Assembly (NCBI GenBank): GCA_020160955.1
Contig: JAIUOX010000009.1
Coordinates: forward strand, 34 to 64,033
Reading direction: 5' to 3'
Length of the DNA: 64,000 nucleotides
Source of the DNA: Pseudomonadota bacterium
GTDB taxonomy: Bacteria > Pseudomonadota > Alphaproteobacteria > Reyranellales > Reyranellaceae
Shown: piece by piece, positions 48,717 to 58,953 of the stretch
How positions within the stretch are numbered: the first letter of the stretch is position 1
Layout of the letters: the number at the start of each line of letters is the position of its first letter
The notes under the pieces: model-generated
Told to the model about the DNA's origin: nothing
Database searches by the model: none
Seen by the model: only the letters and a program-made list of their open reading frames with translations
Position numbers and translations under genes: made by a program

Positions 48717-50060
48717 ATGCAGATCCGAGTGTTCGCCGCCGCCGTCCTGACGTTGCTCGCGGCACTGCCGCTGTCGCTGCCGCTGGCGTCGCCGGCCGAG
48801 GCGCAGGTGGCGCCGGTGCCGCGCGGCTGGCAGCTCGAGCGGGCGGTCGTGCTGTCGCGCCACGGCGTGCGGCCGCCGACCAAGCCCAACAGCGAGATCG
48901 ACCGCGAGGCGGCGACGCCGTGGCCCGAATGGCCGGTGCCGGCAGGCGACCTGACGCCGCGCGGCTACGACCTGATGACCATCATGGGCCGCTACTACCG
49001 CGTCCTTTACGGCGGCAGCGGCCTGGTCGAGGCCAACATCTGCCCGCCGCCCAACATCGTCGTCGCCTGGACCGACGTCCTGCAGCGCACGCGCCAGTCC
49101 GGCGCGGCGTTGCTGGCGGGCCTCTACCCGCGCTGTCCCAACCCGATCCTGACCCACCAGGCCGACCTGTCGAAGCCCGACCCGCTGTTCCATCCGCAGC
49201 CGACCGCGTCGTGCCCGATGGACGCCGCTTCCGACACCGCCGAGATCCTCGAGCGGCTCGGCGGCAGCTTCGCGGCGGTGACCGGCGAGTACGAGGGCGA
49301 GCTGTCGCTGATGCAGCAGACGCTGTGCCCGCCGTCGGCCGCGGACGGCCGCCACTGCGGGCTCGGCCGGCGCCTGACCGTGGTCGAGCCGTCGCGCGAG
49401 CCCGGGCGCCTGCACCTCAAGGGGCCGATCGGCACCGCCGCCTTCGCCGCCGAGTCGTTCCTGATGGAGGCCGCCGAGGGCAAGCCGTGGAGCGAGGTCG
49501 CGTGGGGCCGGCTGTCGGGCGAGGGCCAGCTGCGCAGCCTGCTGAAGGTCAACCGCCTGCAGATGGACCTGCTGCAGAAGACCCTGCCGATCGCCCGCCA
49601 GCACGGCTCGAACATGCTGGCCCAGATCGTCGGCGCCCTGCAGGACGGCCACGACTTCCCCGGCCTGCAGCGCCGCGCCGAGCCGGTGCGCCTCGGCTTC
49701 CTCGTCGGGCACGACACCAACATCGCCAACGTCGCGCGCCTCTTGAACCTCGGCTGGCAGGTCGCCGGCTTCGAGGCCAACGATCCCTCGCCGGGCGGCG
49801 CGCTGTCGTTCGAGCTCCTGCGCGACACCCAGAGCGGCCGCCGCTACGTGCGCGTGATCTACCTCGCGCAAACCCTCGACCAGCTGCGCAACGCCACGCC
49901 GCTCGACCAGGCGGTGCGGCCGGGCATGGTCGAGGTCGCGATCCCGGCCTGCGCCGGCGACCTGACCCTCAACGCCTGTCCGCTCGAGAAGTTCGTGGCG
50001 GTGGCCCGCGCCGCCATCGACCCGGCCTGCGTCACCATCGCGCCGCCGCAACTGCGCTAG
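48717..50060 (+). CDS. Secreted histidine acid phosphatase (AppA phytase / Agp-like)
   Basis: Signal peptide; LSRHGVRPP and GHDTNI motifs; PGGALSFE; several Cys. Confidence 0.9.
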   Translation: MQIRVFAAAVLTLLAALPLSLPLASPAEAQVAPVPRGWQLERAVVLSRHGVRPPTKPNSEIDREAATPWPEWPVPAGDLTPRGYDLMTIMGRYYRVLYGGSGLVEANICPPPNIVVAWTDVLQRTRQSGAALLAGLYPRCPNPILTHQADLSKPDPLFHPQPTASCPMDAASDTAEILERLGGSFAAVTGEYEGELSLMQQTLCPPSAADGRHCGLGRRLTVVEPSREPGRLHLKGPIGTAAFAAESFLMEAAEGKPWSEVAWGRLSGEGQLRSLLKVNRLQMDLLQKTLPIARQHGSNMLAQIVGALQDGHDFPGLQRRAEPVRLGFLVGHDTNIANVARLLNLGWQVAGFEANDPSPGGALSFELLRDTQSGRRYVRVIYLAQTLDQLRNATPLDQAVRPGMVEVAIPACAGDLTLNACPLEKFVAVARAAIDPACVTIAPPQLR

Positions 50061-50145
50061 CCGGCCACCTCGGCGATCCGGAGACCGGAATTCGCAGGTC
50101 GCGCGGGAACGATTCCGGATGCGGCCGGGACACCGGCTTGCCATA

Positions 50146-50158
50146 GTGGTCAGACCAC
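50146..50158. promoter_or_regulatory. FadR-subfamily GntR operator (probably autoregulatory)
   Basis: Perfect palindrome GTGGTC-A-GACCAC 11 bp upstream of ATG 50170, plus degenerate copy GGACTGACCA. Confidence 0.75.
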
Positions 50159-50169
50159 GGACTGACCAA

Positions 50170-50934
50170 ATGAACAGAACAGCGGCAGCCGATATCGTGC
50201 GGGGGGACGAGGAAACGACGCAGAGCGCGGCGGCGCGCGTCTTCACGTTCTTTCGCGACCGTCTCCTGTCCGGCGAGCTCAAGGCCGGCGACCGCCTGCT
50301 GGCCGAGCGCGAGCTGGCGCTGGCGCTGGGCGTCAGCCGGCCGGCGCTGCGCGAGGCGTTGCGCTCGCTGGCCATGCTCGGCCTGCTCGACATCCAGCAT
50401 GGCCGCGGCGCTTTCGTGCGCGCCGCCGACGCCTCGGTGCTGGGCCAGGCGCTGACGCTGTGCCTCGCGCCCGAGCCGCACATCCTCGACGACGTCCTCC
50501 AGGCGCGCATCGCCATCGAGGCCCAGGCCATCCGGCTGGCCTGCGAGCGCGCTAGCGCGCGCGACCTGCAGGCGCTGGCCGTCACGCTCGACACGCTGGT
50601 CGATTCGCTCGACGACCCCGAGCGCGGCGGTGGCGCCGACTACGCCTTCCACCTCGCCATCGTGAAGGCGAGCGGCTCGGTTGCGCTGATGAAGATCTAC
50701 GAGGCGATCTCGCCGCTGCTGATGCGCAGCCACGTCGAGCGCCGCCGCGATACCTTCCGCGAGCCGGCGATCACCTCGCACCTCGTCGAGGCGCACCGCG
50801 CGGTGTTCCGCTCGCTCGTCCAGCGCGATCCCGACGCCGCCGAGAGCCGGCTGCGCGAGCATTTCCGGATCGGCGACGAGCTGCGCCACGCCAACCTCTT
50901 CACGACCTACCAGGAACCAGCGAGCGAACCATGA
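50170..50934 (+). CDS. GntR/FadR transcriptional regulator
   Basis: GDRLLAERELALALGVSRPALREAL; FCD domain DYAFHLAI. Confidence 0.93.
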   Translation: MNRTAAADIVRGDEETTQSAAARVFTFFRDRLLSGELKAGDRLLAERELALALGVSRPALREALRSLAMLGLLDIQHGRGAFVRAADASVLGQALTLCLAPEPHILDDVLQARIAIEAQAIRLACERASARDLQALAVTLDTLVDSLDDPERGGGADYAFHLAIVKASGSVALMKIYEAISPLLMRSHVERRRDTFREPAITSHLVEAHRAVFRSLVQRDPDAAESRLREHFRIGDELRHANLFTTYQEPASEP

Positions 50935-51377
50935 AGATCGTCGTCGGATCGGACCATGCCGGCTTCCCGATGAAGGCCGAGATCCTGGCCTACCTGCGGG
51001 AGCTCGGCCACGAGATCGAGGATGTCGGCTCCTACGATCCCGCGCCGGTCGACTTTCCCGACGTCGCGCGCAAGGTCGCCGCGTCGATCACCTCGGGCCG
51101 GGCCGAGCGCGGCCTGATGATCTGCGGCACCGGGGTCGGCGCCTCGATCGGCGCCAACAAGATGAAGGGCATCCGCGCGGCGGTCTGCCACGACGTCCAC
51201 TCGGCGCACCAGTGCGTCGAGCACGACGACGTCAACGTGATGTGCATCGGCGCGCAGATCGTCGGTCCGTGGCTGGCCAAGGACCTGATCGCCGCCTACC
51301 TCGACGCCAAGTTCTCGACGGCGGAGGAGTTCCGCCGCCGGGTCGCCAAGCTCGCCGACATGGATGCAGGCCGCTAG
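50931..51377 (+). CDS. rpiB: RpiB/LacA/LacB family sugar-phosphate isomerase
   Basis: GSDHAG, ICGTGVG, ANKMKGIRA, EHDDVNVMC. Confidence 0.88.
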   Translation: MKIVVGSDHAGFPMKAEILAYLRELGHEIEDVGSYDPAPVDFPDVARKVAASITSGRAERGLMICGTGVGASIGANKMKGIRAAVCHDVHSAHQCVEHDDVNVMCIGAQIVGPWLAKDLIAAYLDAKFSTAEEFRRRVAKLADMDAGR

Positions 51378-51421
51378 GCTTCGGCAACGAAAAGACAAGG
51401 CAAACGACAAAGGAGGAAACG

Positions 51422-52213
51422 ATGAAGAAGATGGTGTCAGCCCTCGCCGTGGCCGCCGTGGCCACGATGGGCTTCGCGGCCGCCGCGTCGGCCGACCAGC
51501 TCGACGACATCAAGAAGTCGGGCAAGATCCGCATCGCCGTCGATCTCGGCGTGCCGCCCTACGGCATGACCGACGACAAGATGCAGCCGACCGGCTCGGA
51601 CATCGAGACCGCCAAGCTGCTGGCCGCCGACTGGGGCCTGCAGTTCGAGCACGTGCCGACCACCGGCGCCTCGCGCATCCCGTCGCTGCAGACCGGCAAG
51701 GCCGACCTCGTGATCTCGACCCTGTCGATCACGCCGGAGCGCGCCAAGGTCATCGACTTTTCGAAGGGCTACGCGGTGCTCCGCACCGTCATCGCCGCGC
51801 CCAAGAGCATCACGCTGAAGAGCATGGCCGACCTCGACGGCAAGACCGTCGGCACGGTGCGCGGCACCACCCACGACACCCAGCTCACCAAGGAAGGCCC
51901 CAAGGGCATGAAGCTGGTGCGCTACGAGGACGACGCCACCGAGGCGCAGGCCTTCCTGAGCGGCCAGGTCGACATCTTCTCGACCGCCGAGCTGCTGGTC
52001 GCGCCGATCGACAAGAAGAACCCGGCCCGCCAGGTCGAGGTCAAGTTCGTGCTCGACACCTTCAAGCTCGCGATCGGCGTCAAGAAGGACGAGAAGCGGC
52101 TGCTCGAGGAGGTCGACAAGTGGATCGCGACCAACCTCAAGAACGGCAAGCTCGACGCCATCTACAAGAAGTACCACGGCAACGGCCTGCCCGACGTCAT
52201 CCTGAACCAGTAG
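51422..52213 (+). CDS. Amino-acid ABC substrate-binding protein 1
   Basis: AGGAGG RBS; signal peptide; RIPSLQTGKADLVISTLSITPERAK. Confidence 0.9.
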   Translation: MKKMVSALAVAAVATMGFAAAASADQLDDIKKSGKIRIAVDLGVPPYGMTDDKMQPTGSDIETAKLLAADWGLQFEHVPTTGASRIPSLQTGKADLVISTLSITPERAKVIDFSKGYAVLRTVIAAPKSITLKSMADLDGKTVGTVRGTTHDTQLTKEGPKGMKLVRYEDDATEAQAFLSGQVDIFSTAELLVAPIDKKNPARQVEVKFVLDTFKLAIGVKKDEKRLLEEVDKWIATNLKNGKLDAIYKKYHGNGLPDVILNQ

Positions 52214-52221
52214 GACCAGAC

Positions 52222-53031
52222 ATGAAGACCCGCGACTTCCTGCGACGGGCGGCGGGCGCTGCCGCCGTCGTCCTGTGCGGCCTCGCCCTGCCGGCGATGG
52301 CCGACACGCTCGAGGACATCAAGAAGGCCGGCAAGATCCGGGTGGCGATCGACACCGCGATCCCGCCGTTCGGCATGACCGACGAGAAGATGCAGCCGGC
52401 CGGGTCGGACGTCGACCTCGCGAAGCTGCTCGCCAAGGACATGGGCGTGCAGCTCGAGATCGTGACGACCACCGGGCCGTCGCGCATCCCGATGCTGCAG
52501 ACCAACAAGGCCGACATCGTGGTGTCGACCCTGTCGATCACGCCGGACCGCGCCAAGGTGATCGACTTCTCGATCCCCTACGCCGACCACCCGTCGGTGG
52601 TGGCCGGTCTCAAGGGCGTGTCGATCAAGAGCCTGGCCGACCTCGAGGGCAAGAAGGTGGCGGTGGTGCGCGGCACCACGCAGGATGCCGACCTCACCCA
52701 GCAGGCCAAGGGCGCGCAGATCGTGCGCTACGAGGACGACGCCACCATGGCGCTGGCCGTGGCCTCGGGCCAGGTCGACATCCTCGCCACCGCGCGCTCT
52801 CTGCTGCCGGCGATCAGCAAGAAGAACCCGGCCCGCACCGTCGAGCCGAAGATCACCATGCAGACCAACTGGCTGGCGATCGGCGTGCGCAAGGACGACC
52901 CGAAGCTGCTCGCCTGGATCAACGACTGGGTGAAGACCAACCTGAAGAACGGCAAGCTGGCCGCCATCTACAAGCAGCATCACGGCGTCGACATCCCGAC
53001 CGACGAGCTGCTCAAGAAGGGCGGCGCCTGA
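52222..53031 (+). CDS. Amino-acid ABC substrate-binding protein 2 (tandem paralogue)
   Basis: RIPMLQTNKADIVVSTLSITPDRAK; closely similar to the upstream SBP. Confidence 0.9.
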   Translation: MKTRDFLRRAAGAAAVVLCGLALPAMADTLEDIKKAGKIRVAIDTAIPPFGMTDEKMQPAGSDVDLAKLLAKDMGVQLEIVTTTGPSRIPMLQTNKADIVVSTLSITPDRAKVIDFSIPYADHPSVVAGLKGVSIKSLADLEGKKVAVVRGTTQDADLTQQAKGAQIVRYEDDATMALAVASGQVDILATARSLLPAISKKNPARTVEPKITMQTNWLAIGVRKDDPKLLAWINDWVKTNLKNGKLAAIYKQHHGVDIPTDELLKKGGA

Positions 53032-53057
53032 GCGGTCGCCGCTCCGGCGGGTGAGGC

Positions 53058-53741
53058 ATGTCCTACAAGTTCGACTTCGAGTTCCTGGCCGAGCGCTGGC
53101 CGGACTTCGCGGCCGGGGCGTGGCTCACCATCCAGCTCACCGTCGCCTCGATCGCGCTCGGCTTCGTGGTCGGCACGGTCTGCGCGCTGGCCCGCGTCTA
53201 CGGCGGGCCGGTGCTGCGCCGGGTGACCGGCGCCTATGTCGAGGCGATCCGCAACACCCCGCTGCTGATCCAGATCTTCATCGTCTACTTCGGCCTGTCG
53301 AGCCTCGGGCTCAAGCTGTCGGCCGACGTCTCGGCGGTGCTGGCGCTGACCATCAACATGGGCGCCTACACGACCGAGATCATGCGGGCCGGCGTGCAGT
53401 CGATCCAGCGCACCCAGCTGGAGGCCGCCGACTGCCTCGGCCTCAGCCGGCTGCAGACCATCCTGCACGTCGTCCTGCTGCCGGCGATGGAGCGGGTCTA
53501 CCCGTCGCTCGCCAGCCAGGGCGTGCTCCTGATGCTGGCCTCGTCGATCGCCTCGCAGATCTCGGTCGAGGAACTGACCGCCACCGCCAACCTCGTGCAG
53601 TCCGACACCTACCGCAGCTTCGAGGTCTACGTCGTCGTGGCGGTGGTCTACCTCGCCCTGTCGGCGCTCTACCGCCTCGGCTTCTGGGCGATCGGGCAGG
53701 GCCTGTTCGAGCGCCGCCGCCGGCTGGGGACGCCGCTGTGA
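53058..53741 (+). CDS. Amino-acid ABC permease
   Basis: IRNTPLLIQ, QLEAADCLGL. Confidence 0.92.
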   Translation: MSYKFDFEFLAERWPDFAAGAWLTIQLTVASIALGFVVGTVCALARVYGGPVLRRVTGAYVEAIRNTPLLIQIFIVYFGLSSLGLKLSADVSAVLALTINMGAYTTEIMRAGVQSIQRTQLEAADCLGLSRLQTILHVVLLPAMERVYPSLASQGVLLMLASSIASQISVEELTATANLVQSDTYRSFEVYVVVAVVYLALSALYRLGFWAIGQGLFERRRRLGTPL

Positions 53742-54385
53742 TCCAGCTCAACGCCAACCACCTCCTGTACCTGCTCGAGGCGGCGCGCTGGACGCTCCTG
53801 CTGTCGGTCATCGCCTTCGTCGGCGGCGCCATCCTCGGCCTGCCATTGGCGCTGATGCGCGTCTCGGCCTCGCGCCTGCTGCGCGGCCTCGCCAGCGGCT
53901 ACATCCAGCTGATCCAGGGCACGCCGCTGCTGATCGTGCTGTTCCTGTCCTACTTCGGGCTGGGCATCATGGGCTACAAGCTGGTGCCGCTGGTCGCCGC
54001 CGGCCTGTCGCTGACCTTCTACGCCGCCGCCTTCCTCGGCGAGATCTGGCGCGGCTGCATCGAGGCGGTGCCGCGCACCCAGCAGGAGGCGGCCGACTGC
54101 CTCGGCCTCAACCGCTTCCAGCAATATGCCTGGGTGATCCTGCCCCAGGCGGTGCGCATCGCCATCCCGCCGACCGTCGGCTTCATGGTCCAGATCGTGA
54201 AGAACACGTCGCTGGCCTCGGTGATCGGCTTCGTCGAACTGGCCCGCGCCGGGCAGATCGTCAACAACTCGACCTTCGAGCCGTTCGCGATCTTCACCGC
54301 GGTCGCCATCATCTATTTCGCGATCTGCTACCCGCTGTCGCTGGCGGCGCGCACGCTGGAGAGGAGAGCCCATGCCGGGCGCTGA
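53738..54385 (+). CDS. Amino-acid ABC permease
   Basis: GTGA overlap; IQGTPLL, QQEAADCLGL, KNTSLAS. Confidence 0.92.
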   Translation: MIQLNANHLLYLLEAARWTLLLSVIAFVGGAILGLPLALMRVSASRLLRGLASGYIQLIQGTPLLIVLFLSYFGLGIMGYKLVPLVAAGLSLTFYAAAFLGEIWRGCIEAVPRTQQEAADCLGLNRFQQYAWVILPQAVRIAIPPTVGFMVQIVKNTSLASVIGFVELARAGQIVNNSTFEPFAIFTAVAIIYFAICYPLSLAARTLERRAHAGR

Positions 54386-55115
54386 GACGGTCGTCAGCAT
54401 CCAGGACCTGGTCAAGGAGTTCGGGCCGCTGCGCGTGCTCGACGGCGTCGGGCTCGAGGTCCGGCGCGGCCAGACCGTGGCCATCGTCGGCCGCTCGGGC
54501 TCGGGCAAGAGCACGCTGCTGCGCTGCATCGCCGGGCTGGAGACGGTGCAGGGCGGCCGCATCACGGTGTGCGGCCACGAGGTCGGCACGCCGGGCAGCG
54601 CGGCGCGCGCCCAGCTGCGGCGCGACGTCGGCATGGTTTTCCAGAGCTACAACCTGTTTCCCCACCTGACGGTCGAGCGCAACATCACGCTGGCCCTCAC
54701 CCTGGTGAAGAAGCAGCCCAAGGCCGAGGCGCGGCAGCGCGCCGCCGAAGTGCTGGCGATGGTCGGCCTGACCGACAAGATCGCGGCCTATCCCGAGCAG
54801 CTGTCGGGCGGCCAACAGCAGCGCGTCGCCATCGCGCGCTCGCTGGCGCTGCAGCCGCAGGTCATGCTGTTCGACGAGGTGACCTCGGCGCTCGATCCCG
54901 AGCTCACCGCCGAGGTGCTGGGCGTGATGGAGAACCTGGCGCAGCGCGGCATGACGATGATCAGCGTGACCCACGAGATGGGCTTCGCCCGGCGCGTCGC
55001 CGACCTCGTGGTCTTCATGCACAAGGGCAAGGTCTGGGAAAGCGGCCCGACCGCCGAGGTCTTCGCCAATCCGAGGACCGCCGAGTTCCGGCAGTTCGTG
55101 GGGAGTGAGCTCTAG
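54372..55115 (+). CDS. Amino-acid ABC ATP-binding protein
   Basis: GRSGSGKST, LSGGQQQRVAIAR, FDEVTSALDPE. Confidence 0.94.
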   Translation: MPGAETVVSIQDLVKEFGPLRVLDGVGLEVRRGQTVAIVGRSGSGKSTLLRCIAGLETVQGGRITVCGHEVGTPGSAARAQLRRDVGMVFQSYNLFPHLTVERNITLALTLVKKQPKAEARQRAAEVLAMVGLTDKIAAYPEQLSGGQQQRVAIARSLALQPQVMLFDEVTSALDPELTAEVLGVMENLAQRGMTMISVTHEMGFARRVADLVVFMHKGKVWESGPTAEVFANPRTAEFRQFVGSEL

Positions 55116-55120
55116 AAGAC

Positions 55121-55152
55121 TTTCCTCCCCGCGCTGGCGCGCAGGGAGGAAA
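55121..55152. terminator. Hairpin between convergent genes (terminator or REP fragment)
   Basis: TTTCCTCCC-CGCGCTGGCGCGCA-GGGAGGAAA; resembles the arms of the element at 63093. Confidence 0.5.
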
Positions 55153-55186
55153 AGGCACTCCGAGTTCGCGAGTTCGAGGGAAGCCT

Positions 55187-55912
55187 TTACGCCAACGGCG
55201 CGACCGACAGGCCCTTGACCTTGTGCTTCTCGATCAGGCTGGCGACCAGGCCGGACTTCTTGGCGTTCTCGACGAACTCGGCGATGTAGCGCGCGCCCTC
55301 GGTCGCCGGCTTGTTGCAGCCGACCGCCTGCTGCACGGCGGCGAACTTGCCGTCCATGATGCGCAGGCCGGGATGGGTCTCGATGTCCTTCAGCATGCCG
55401 GGACGCAGGCCGGCCAGGACGTCGAACTTCTCGTCGTAGAACTTGCGGAAGGCGCCCTCGAGGCCGGACACCTGGACCAGCGTCGCCTTCTTGATGTTGT
55501 TCTCGAGCCACAGGCCATAGGCCGAGCGCGCCGACGTCACGATGCGCACGCCCTCGCGGTCGACGTCCGCGAGCGTCTTGAGGGGCGAGTTGTCCCACAC
55601 CATGTAGGTCGCCTCGATCTCGACGTACGCCGCCGAGAAGGTCATCACCGCGGCGCGCTGCGGCTCGGCGCCGATCAGGCCGATGTCCCACACGTTCTTG
55701 CCGGCCTGGTCGGCCAGCTCGCCGGGCGACTTGAAGGTGACATACTGCACCGGTACGCCGAGCGACGCGGCGATCGCCTTGGCCATGTCGGGCGCGACGC
55801 CGACCGGCTCCGATTTCTCGGTGCGGCCGGTGACCAGCAGGAAGTTGGAAAGGTTGATGCCGGCGCGCAGCACGCCGGTGGGGGCCAGCTCGGCCCGGGC
55901 TTTGTCGGACAT
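55187..55912 (-). CDS. Type 2 periplasmic-binding-fold protein (SBP family 3-like) with no signal peptide
   Basis: ELAPTGVLRAGINLSN, WDIGLIGAEPQRA, ADVDREGVRI. Confidence 0.8.
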   Translation of the reverse strand: MSDKARAELAPTGVLRAGINLSNFLLVTGRTEKSEPVGVAPDMAKAIAASLGVPVQYVTFKSPGELADQAGKNVWDIGLIGAEPQRAAVMTFSAAYVEIEATYMVWDNSPLKTLADVDREGVRIVTSARSAYGLWLENNIKKATLVQVSGLEGAFRKFYDEKFDVLAGLRPGMLKDIETHPGLRIMDGKFAAVQQAVGCNKPATEGARYIAEFVENAKKSGLVASLIEKHKVKGLSVAPLA

Positions 55913-55969
55913 GGCCGGAGTCTATACTGATCGCCGGCCGCCGCGAAGCGCGGAGCGGGAGGAAACGCC

Positions 55970-57073
55970 ATGAAGATCGTCGACGTCACCCTGACCCTGT
56001 TCGCCTGGGACGACATCCCCGCGACCCAGTACGGCTTCCATTCCAAGTTCGCGGGCTCCAGCGCGCTTGGCCTGCTGCGGCTCGTCACCGACCAGGGGCT
56101 GGAGGGCCACGCCTTCCTCGGCTCGGCCGCCAATGCCGCGACGACCGACGGGCAGGGGCTGATTTCGCACCTCAAGCCGATGGTGATGGGCCGCGACCCG
56201 ATGCACCGCGAGGCGATCGTCGCCGACCTGTGGAAGCGCCAGCGCGTCGCCGGCGTGCGGGCGATCGGCGCGGTCGACGTCGCGCTGTGGGACCTCGTCG
56301 GCAAGGCGATGGGCCAGCCGATCCACCGGCTGCTCGGCACCTTCCGCGAGAGCGTGCCGGCCTATGCCAGCTCGGCGGTGCTGCCGTCGGCGTCGGCCTA
56401 TGCCGAGCAGGCGGTCGAGTTCAAGGAGTACGGCTGGGCGGCCTACAAGATCCACCCGCCGACCCGCTGGCGCGACGACATCAAGGTCTGCGAGGCGGTG
56501 CGCCAGGCGGTCGGCGACTACACGATCATGCTCGACTCGACCTGGGCCTACGACTTCCCGACCGCGCTGCGGGTCGGCCGCGCGGTCGAGGAGATGGAGT
56601 ACTACTGGTACGAGGATCCGCTGGCAGACCAGGACGTCTACAACTACGTCAAGCTGAAGCAGCAGCTGTCGATCCCGATCCTCGCCACCGAGTACCCGGT
56701 CACCGGCCTCGATTCCTACCAGCCGTGGATCATGCTGCAGGCCACCGACTACCTGCGCGGCGACGTCGCCGTGAAGGGCGGCATCACCACGCTGGTCAAG
56801 GCGGCCCACCTCGCCGAGGCGTTCCGCATGAACTACGAGGTCCATCACGGCGGAAACTCGCTGAACAACGTCGCCAACCTGCACGTCATCGCGTCGATCC
56901 GGAACACCGAGTTCTTCGAGGTGCTGCTGCCCGACGGCGCGCAGAAGTACGGGCTCGAGCAGGACATCGTGGTCGGCCGCGACGGCCTCGTGCACGTGCC
57001 GAACGGCCCCGGCCTCGGCGCGGCGATCGACTTCAAGCTGATCGAGCGGAAGAAGATGGCGGTCCTGGTCTGA
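55970..57073 (+). CDS. Enolase superfamily, mandelate racemase subgroup
   Basis: AIGAVDVALWDL.GK, YKIH, MLD, WYEDP, ATE, PNGPGLG. Confidence 0.9.
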   Translation: MKIVDVTLTLFAWDDIPATQYGFHSKFAGSSALGLLRLVTDQGLEGHAFLGSAANAATTDGQGLISHLKPMVMGRDPMHREAIVADLWKRQRVAGVRAIGAVDVALWDLVGKAMGQPIHRLLGTFRESVPAYASSAVLPSASAYAEQAVEFKEYGWAAYKIHPPTRWRDDIKVCEAVRQAVGDYTIMLDSTWAYDFPTALRVGRAVEEMEYYWYEDPLADQDVYNYVKLKQQLSIPILATEYPVTGLDSYQPWIMLQATDYLRGDVAVKGGITTLVKAAHLAEAFRMNYEVHHGGNSLNNVANLHVIASIRNTEFFEVLLPDGAQKYGLEQDIVVGRDGLVHVPNGPGLGAAIDFKLIERKKMAVLV

Positions 57074-58693
57074 TCAGCGATCGAGCCAGACGTCCTCGAA
57101 GCGGAAGGCGTTGTACATGCTGTTGACCGGCGGGACGAAGCCCTTGACGTGCGGCTGCCAGCAGGTGGCGCGGCGGGTCCAGGCCAGCGGCGGGCGGGCG
57201 ACGTCGGCCAGCAGCCGGCTGTCGATGTCCCACACCATCTCGCGGCGCCTGGCCGGGTCGGCTTCCGCCGACTGCCGCTCGAACAGCCGCTCGATCTCGC
57301 CGTTGCAGTAGCGGCCGAGGTTGCGCTCCGAGCGGCAGGCGTAGTTCTCGAACAGCGCCTGGTCCGGGTCGTCGACGGCGTTGGCGGTGCTGTCGACCGC
57401 GACGACGTAGTCGCGGCGCTCGATCCGCTGCGTCCACTGCAGCCCCTCGACGATGTCGAGCTCGGCCTCGATGTTGACCTCGCGCAGCTGGTCGGCCAGC
57501 AGCGACGCCGGCGTGCGCCACGCCGCCAGCGCCCGCGTCGTCAGCCGGATCTTGAGCGGCTTGTCGGGGCCGAAGCCCGCCTTGGCGAGCAGCTCGCGGG
57601 CCTCGGCCCGGCTCTTGTCGATGTCGGGCCCAAAGCCCGGCAGGGTGGCCAGGCGGTCGGGCGGCAGGCCCCACAGCCCGTCCGGCGGCGGCTGCAGGAT
57701 GCCGCCGACATCGGCCTCGCCGTCGTTGATCGCCGCGACCATCGCCTTGCGGTCGATCGCCAGCGTCAGCGCGCGGCGGATCTCGGCCTTGTCGAACGGC
57801 GGCGTGTCGCGGTTCAGCAGCAGGTGGATGCTGCTGTTCATCGGCGTCGTCTCGCACATCGCGCGCGGCGACTGGCGCCGCACGTCGCGCAGCTGGTTGG
57901 TGCTGACGTCGAACGGGAAGGTCATGTCGAAGCCGCCGGCGACGAAGCTCAGCAGCGCCGAGCCGGCGACGATGCGGTACTCGATGCGATCGAGGAGGGG
58001 CCGGTCCGGCCGGTAGTAGTCCGGGTTGCGGGCCAGCTTCACCGCGTCGAACTGCTTGAACGACTCGAGCTTGAACGGCCCGGTGCCGACCGGGCGGATG
58101 CGCATCTGCGCCACCGGCACGTGGCAGGGGTAGATCGGCGTCAGTCCCGACGCCAGCAGCAGCAGCAGCGACGGCTGCGGGTGGTTGAGGTGAAGCGTGA
58201 CCTCGTGGTCGCTGCGGCTGTGCACGTAGTTGATGTTGCCGAACCAGGCGGCGCGCGGGTTGCTGCGCAGCCGGTCGCGCGCCCGGCCGGTCAGCAGGTT
58301 GAAGGTGCACTCGACGTCGCCGGCGGTGAACGCCCAGCCGTCGTGCCAGCGCACGCCGCGGCGCAGCTTGAAGGTCAGCTCGGTGCGGTCGTCGTTCCAG
58401 CTCCACGACTCGGCGAGGTCGGGGCGCAGCGACTGCTCGCTGTTCTGCGCCGCCGACGGGTCGAAGGTCACGAGGTTGCTGTAGATCGGCATGAACGGCA
58501 CGGTCGCCGTGGTCGAGGATTCCTCGAGGATCGACGGGCTGGCCGGGTTCTCGCGATGGAACAGGCGCAGCGTGCCGCCGCGCTTCTGCGCCAGCGCCGG
58601 CTCGGCGAGGCCGACGAACATCGCCAGCAGGCCCGCCAGCAGCAGGCCCGTCCGCGTTCCGACCGAACTCAATGCCACCATCGGCGCTCGCAT
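57074..58693 (-). CDS. Orphan ABC substrate-binding protein (family 5); start uncertain
   Basis: ALAQKRGGTL, PDLAESW, FKLRRGVRWHDG, PVGTGPFK. Confidence 0.85.
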   Translation of the reverse strand: MRAPMVALSSVGTRTGLLLAGLLAMFVGLAEPALAQKRGGTLRLFHRENPASPSILEESSTTATVPFMPIYSNLVTFDPSAAQNSEQSLRPDLAESWSWNDDRTELTFKLRRGVRWHDGWAFTAGDVECTFNLLTGRARDRLRSNPRAAWFGNINYVHSRSDHEVTLHLNHPQPSLLLLLASGLTPIYPCHVPVAQMRIRPVGTGPFKLESFKQFDAVKLARNPDYYRPDRPLLDRIEYRIVAGSALLSFVAGGFDMTFPFDVSTNQLRDVRRQSPRAMCETTPMNSSIHLLLNRDTPPFDKAEIRRALTLAIDRKAMVAAINDGEADVGGILQPPPDGLWGLPPDRLATLPGFGPDIDKSRAEARELLAKAGFGPDKPLKIRLTTRALAAWRTPASLLADQLREVNIEAELDIVEGLQWTQRIERRDYVVAVDSTANAVDDPDQALFENYACRSERNLGRYCNGEIERLFERQSAEADPARRREMVWDIDSRLLADVARPPLAWTRRATCWQPHVKGFVPPVNSMYNAFRFEDVWLDR

Positions 58694-58953
58694 TCTCCGG
58701 GCATGCCCGGGCGGCCGCGGCGCGGCCACTCCGGAGTCTCTGCCTGTCCCACCCACGTCTCGGGCACTACCAGAACGCAGGTCCGTCACTCACACTAATT
58801 GAAGAAACAAAAGAAACAACCCGCTGGCGCCGAGAGTTGCCATGGTACTGCAACCATCTCGCGAGTCGGGACCGGCCGATCACATGCCGGTGTGCGGCCG
58901 CGCGCCGCTTGGTCGCGCATGCCGCTGCCGCAATTCGCGGCTATCGTCGCGCC

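Noticed and set aside
46692-50594. Very long shadow ORFs (also 19248..22703 +, 30999..34685 +, 58842..62417 +, 15563..18043 -)
   Set aside because: Arg/Ala/Pro-rich or antisense frames overlapping genes with clear motifs; typical artefact of high GC
58825-58840. Sigma54-like TGGCGCCGAGAGTTGC upstream of the AsmA-family gene
   Set aside because: GG-to-GC spacing is 11 nt rather than the required 10
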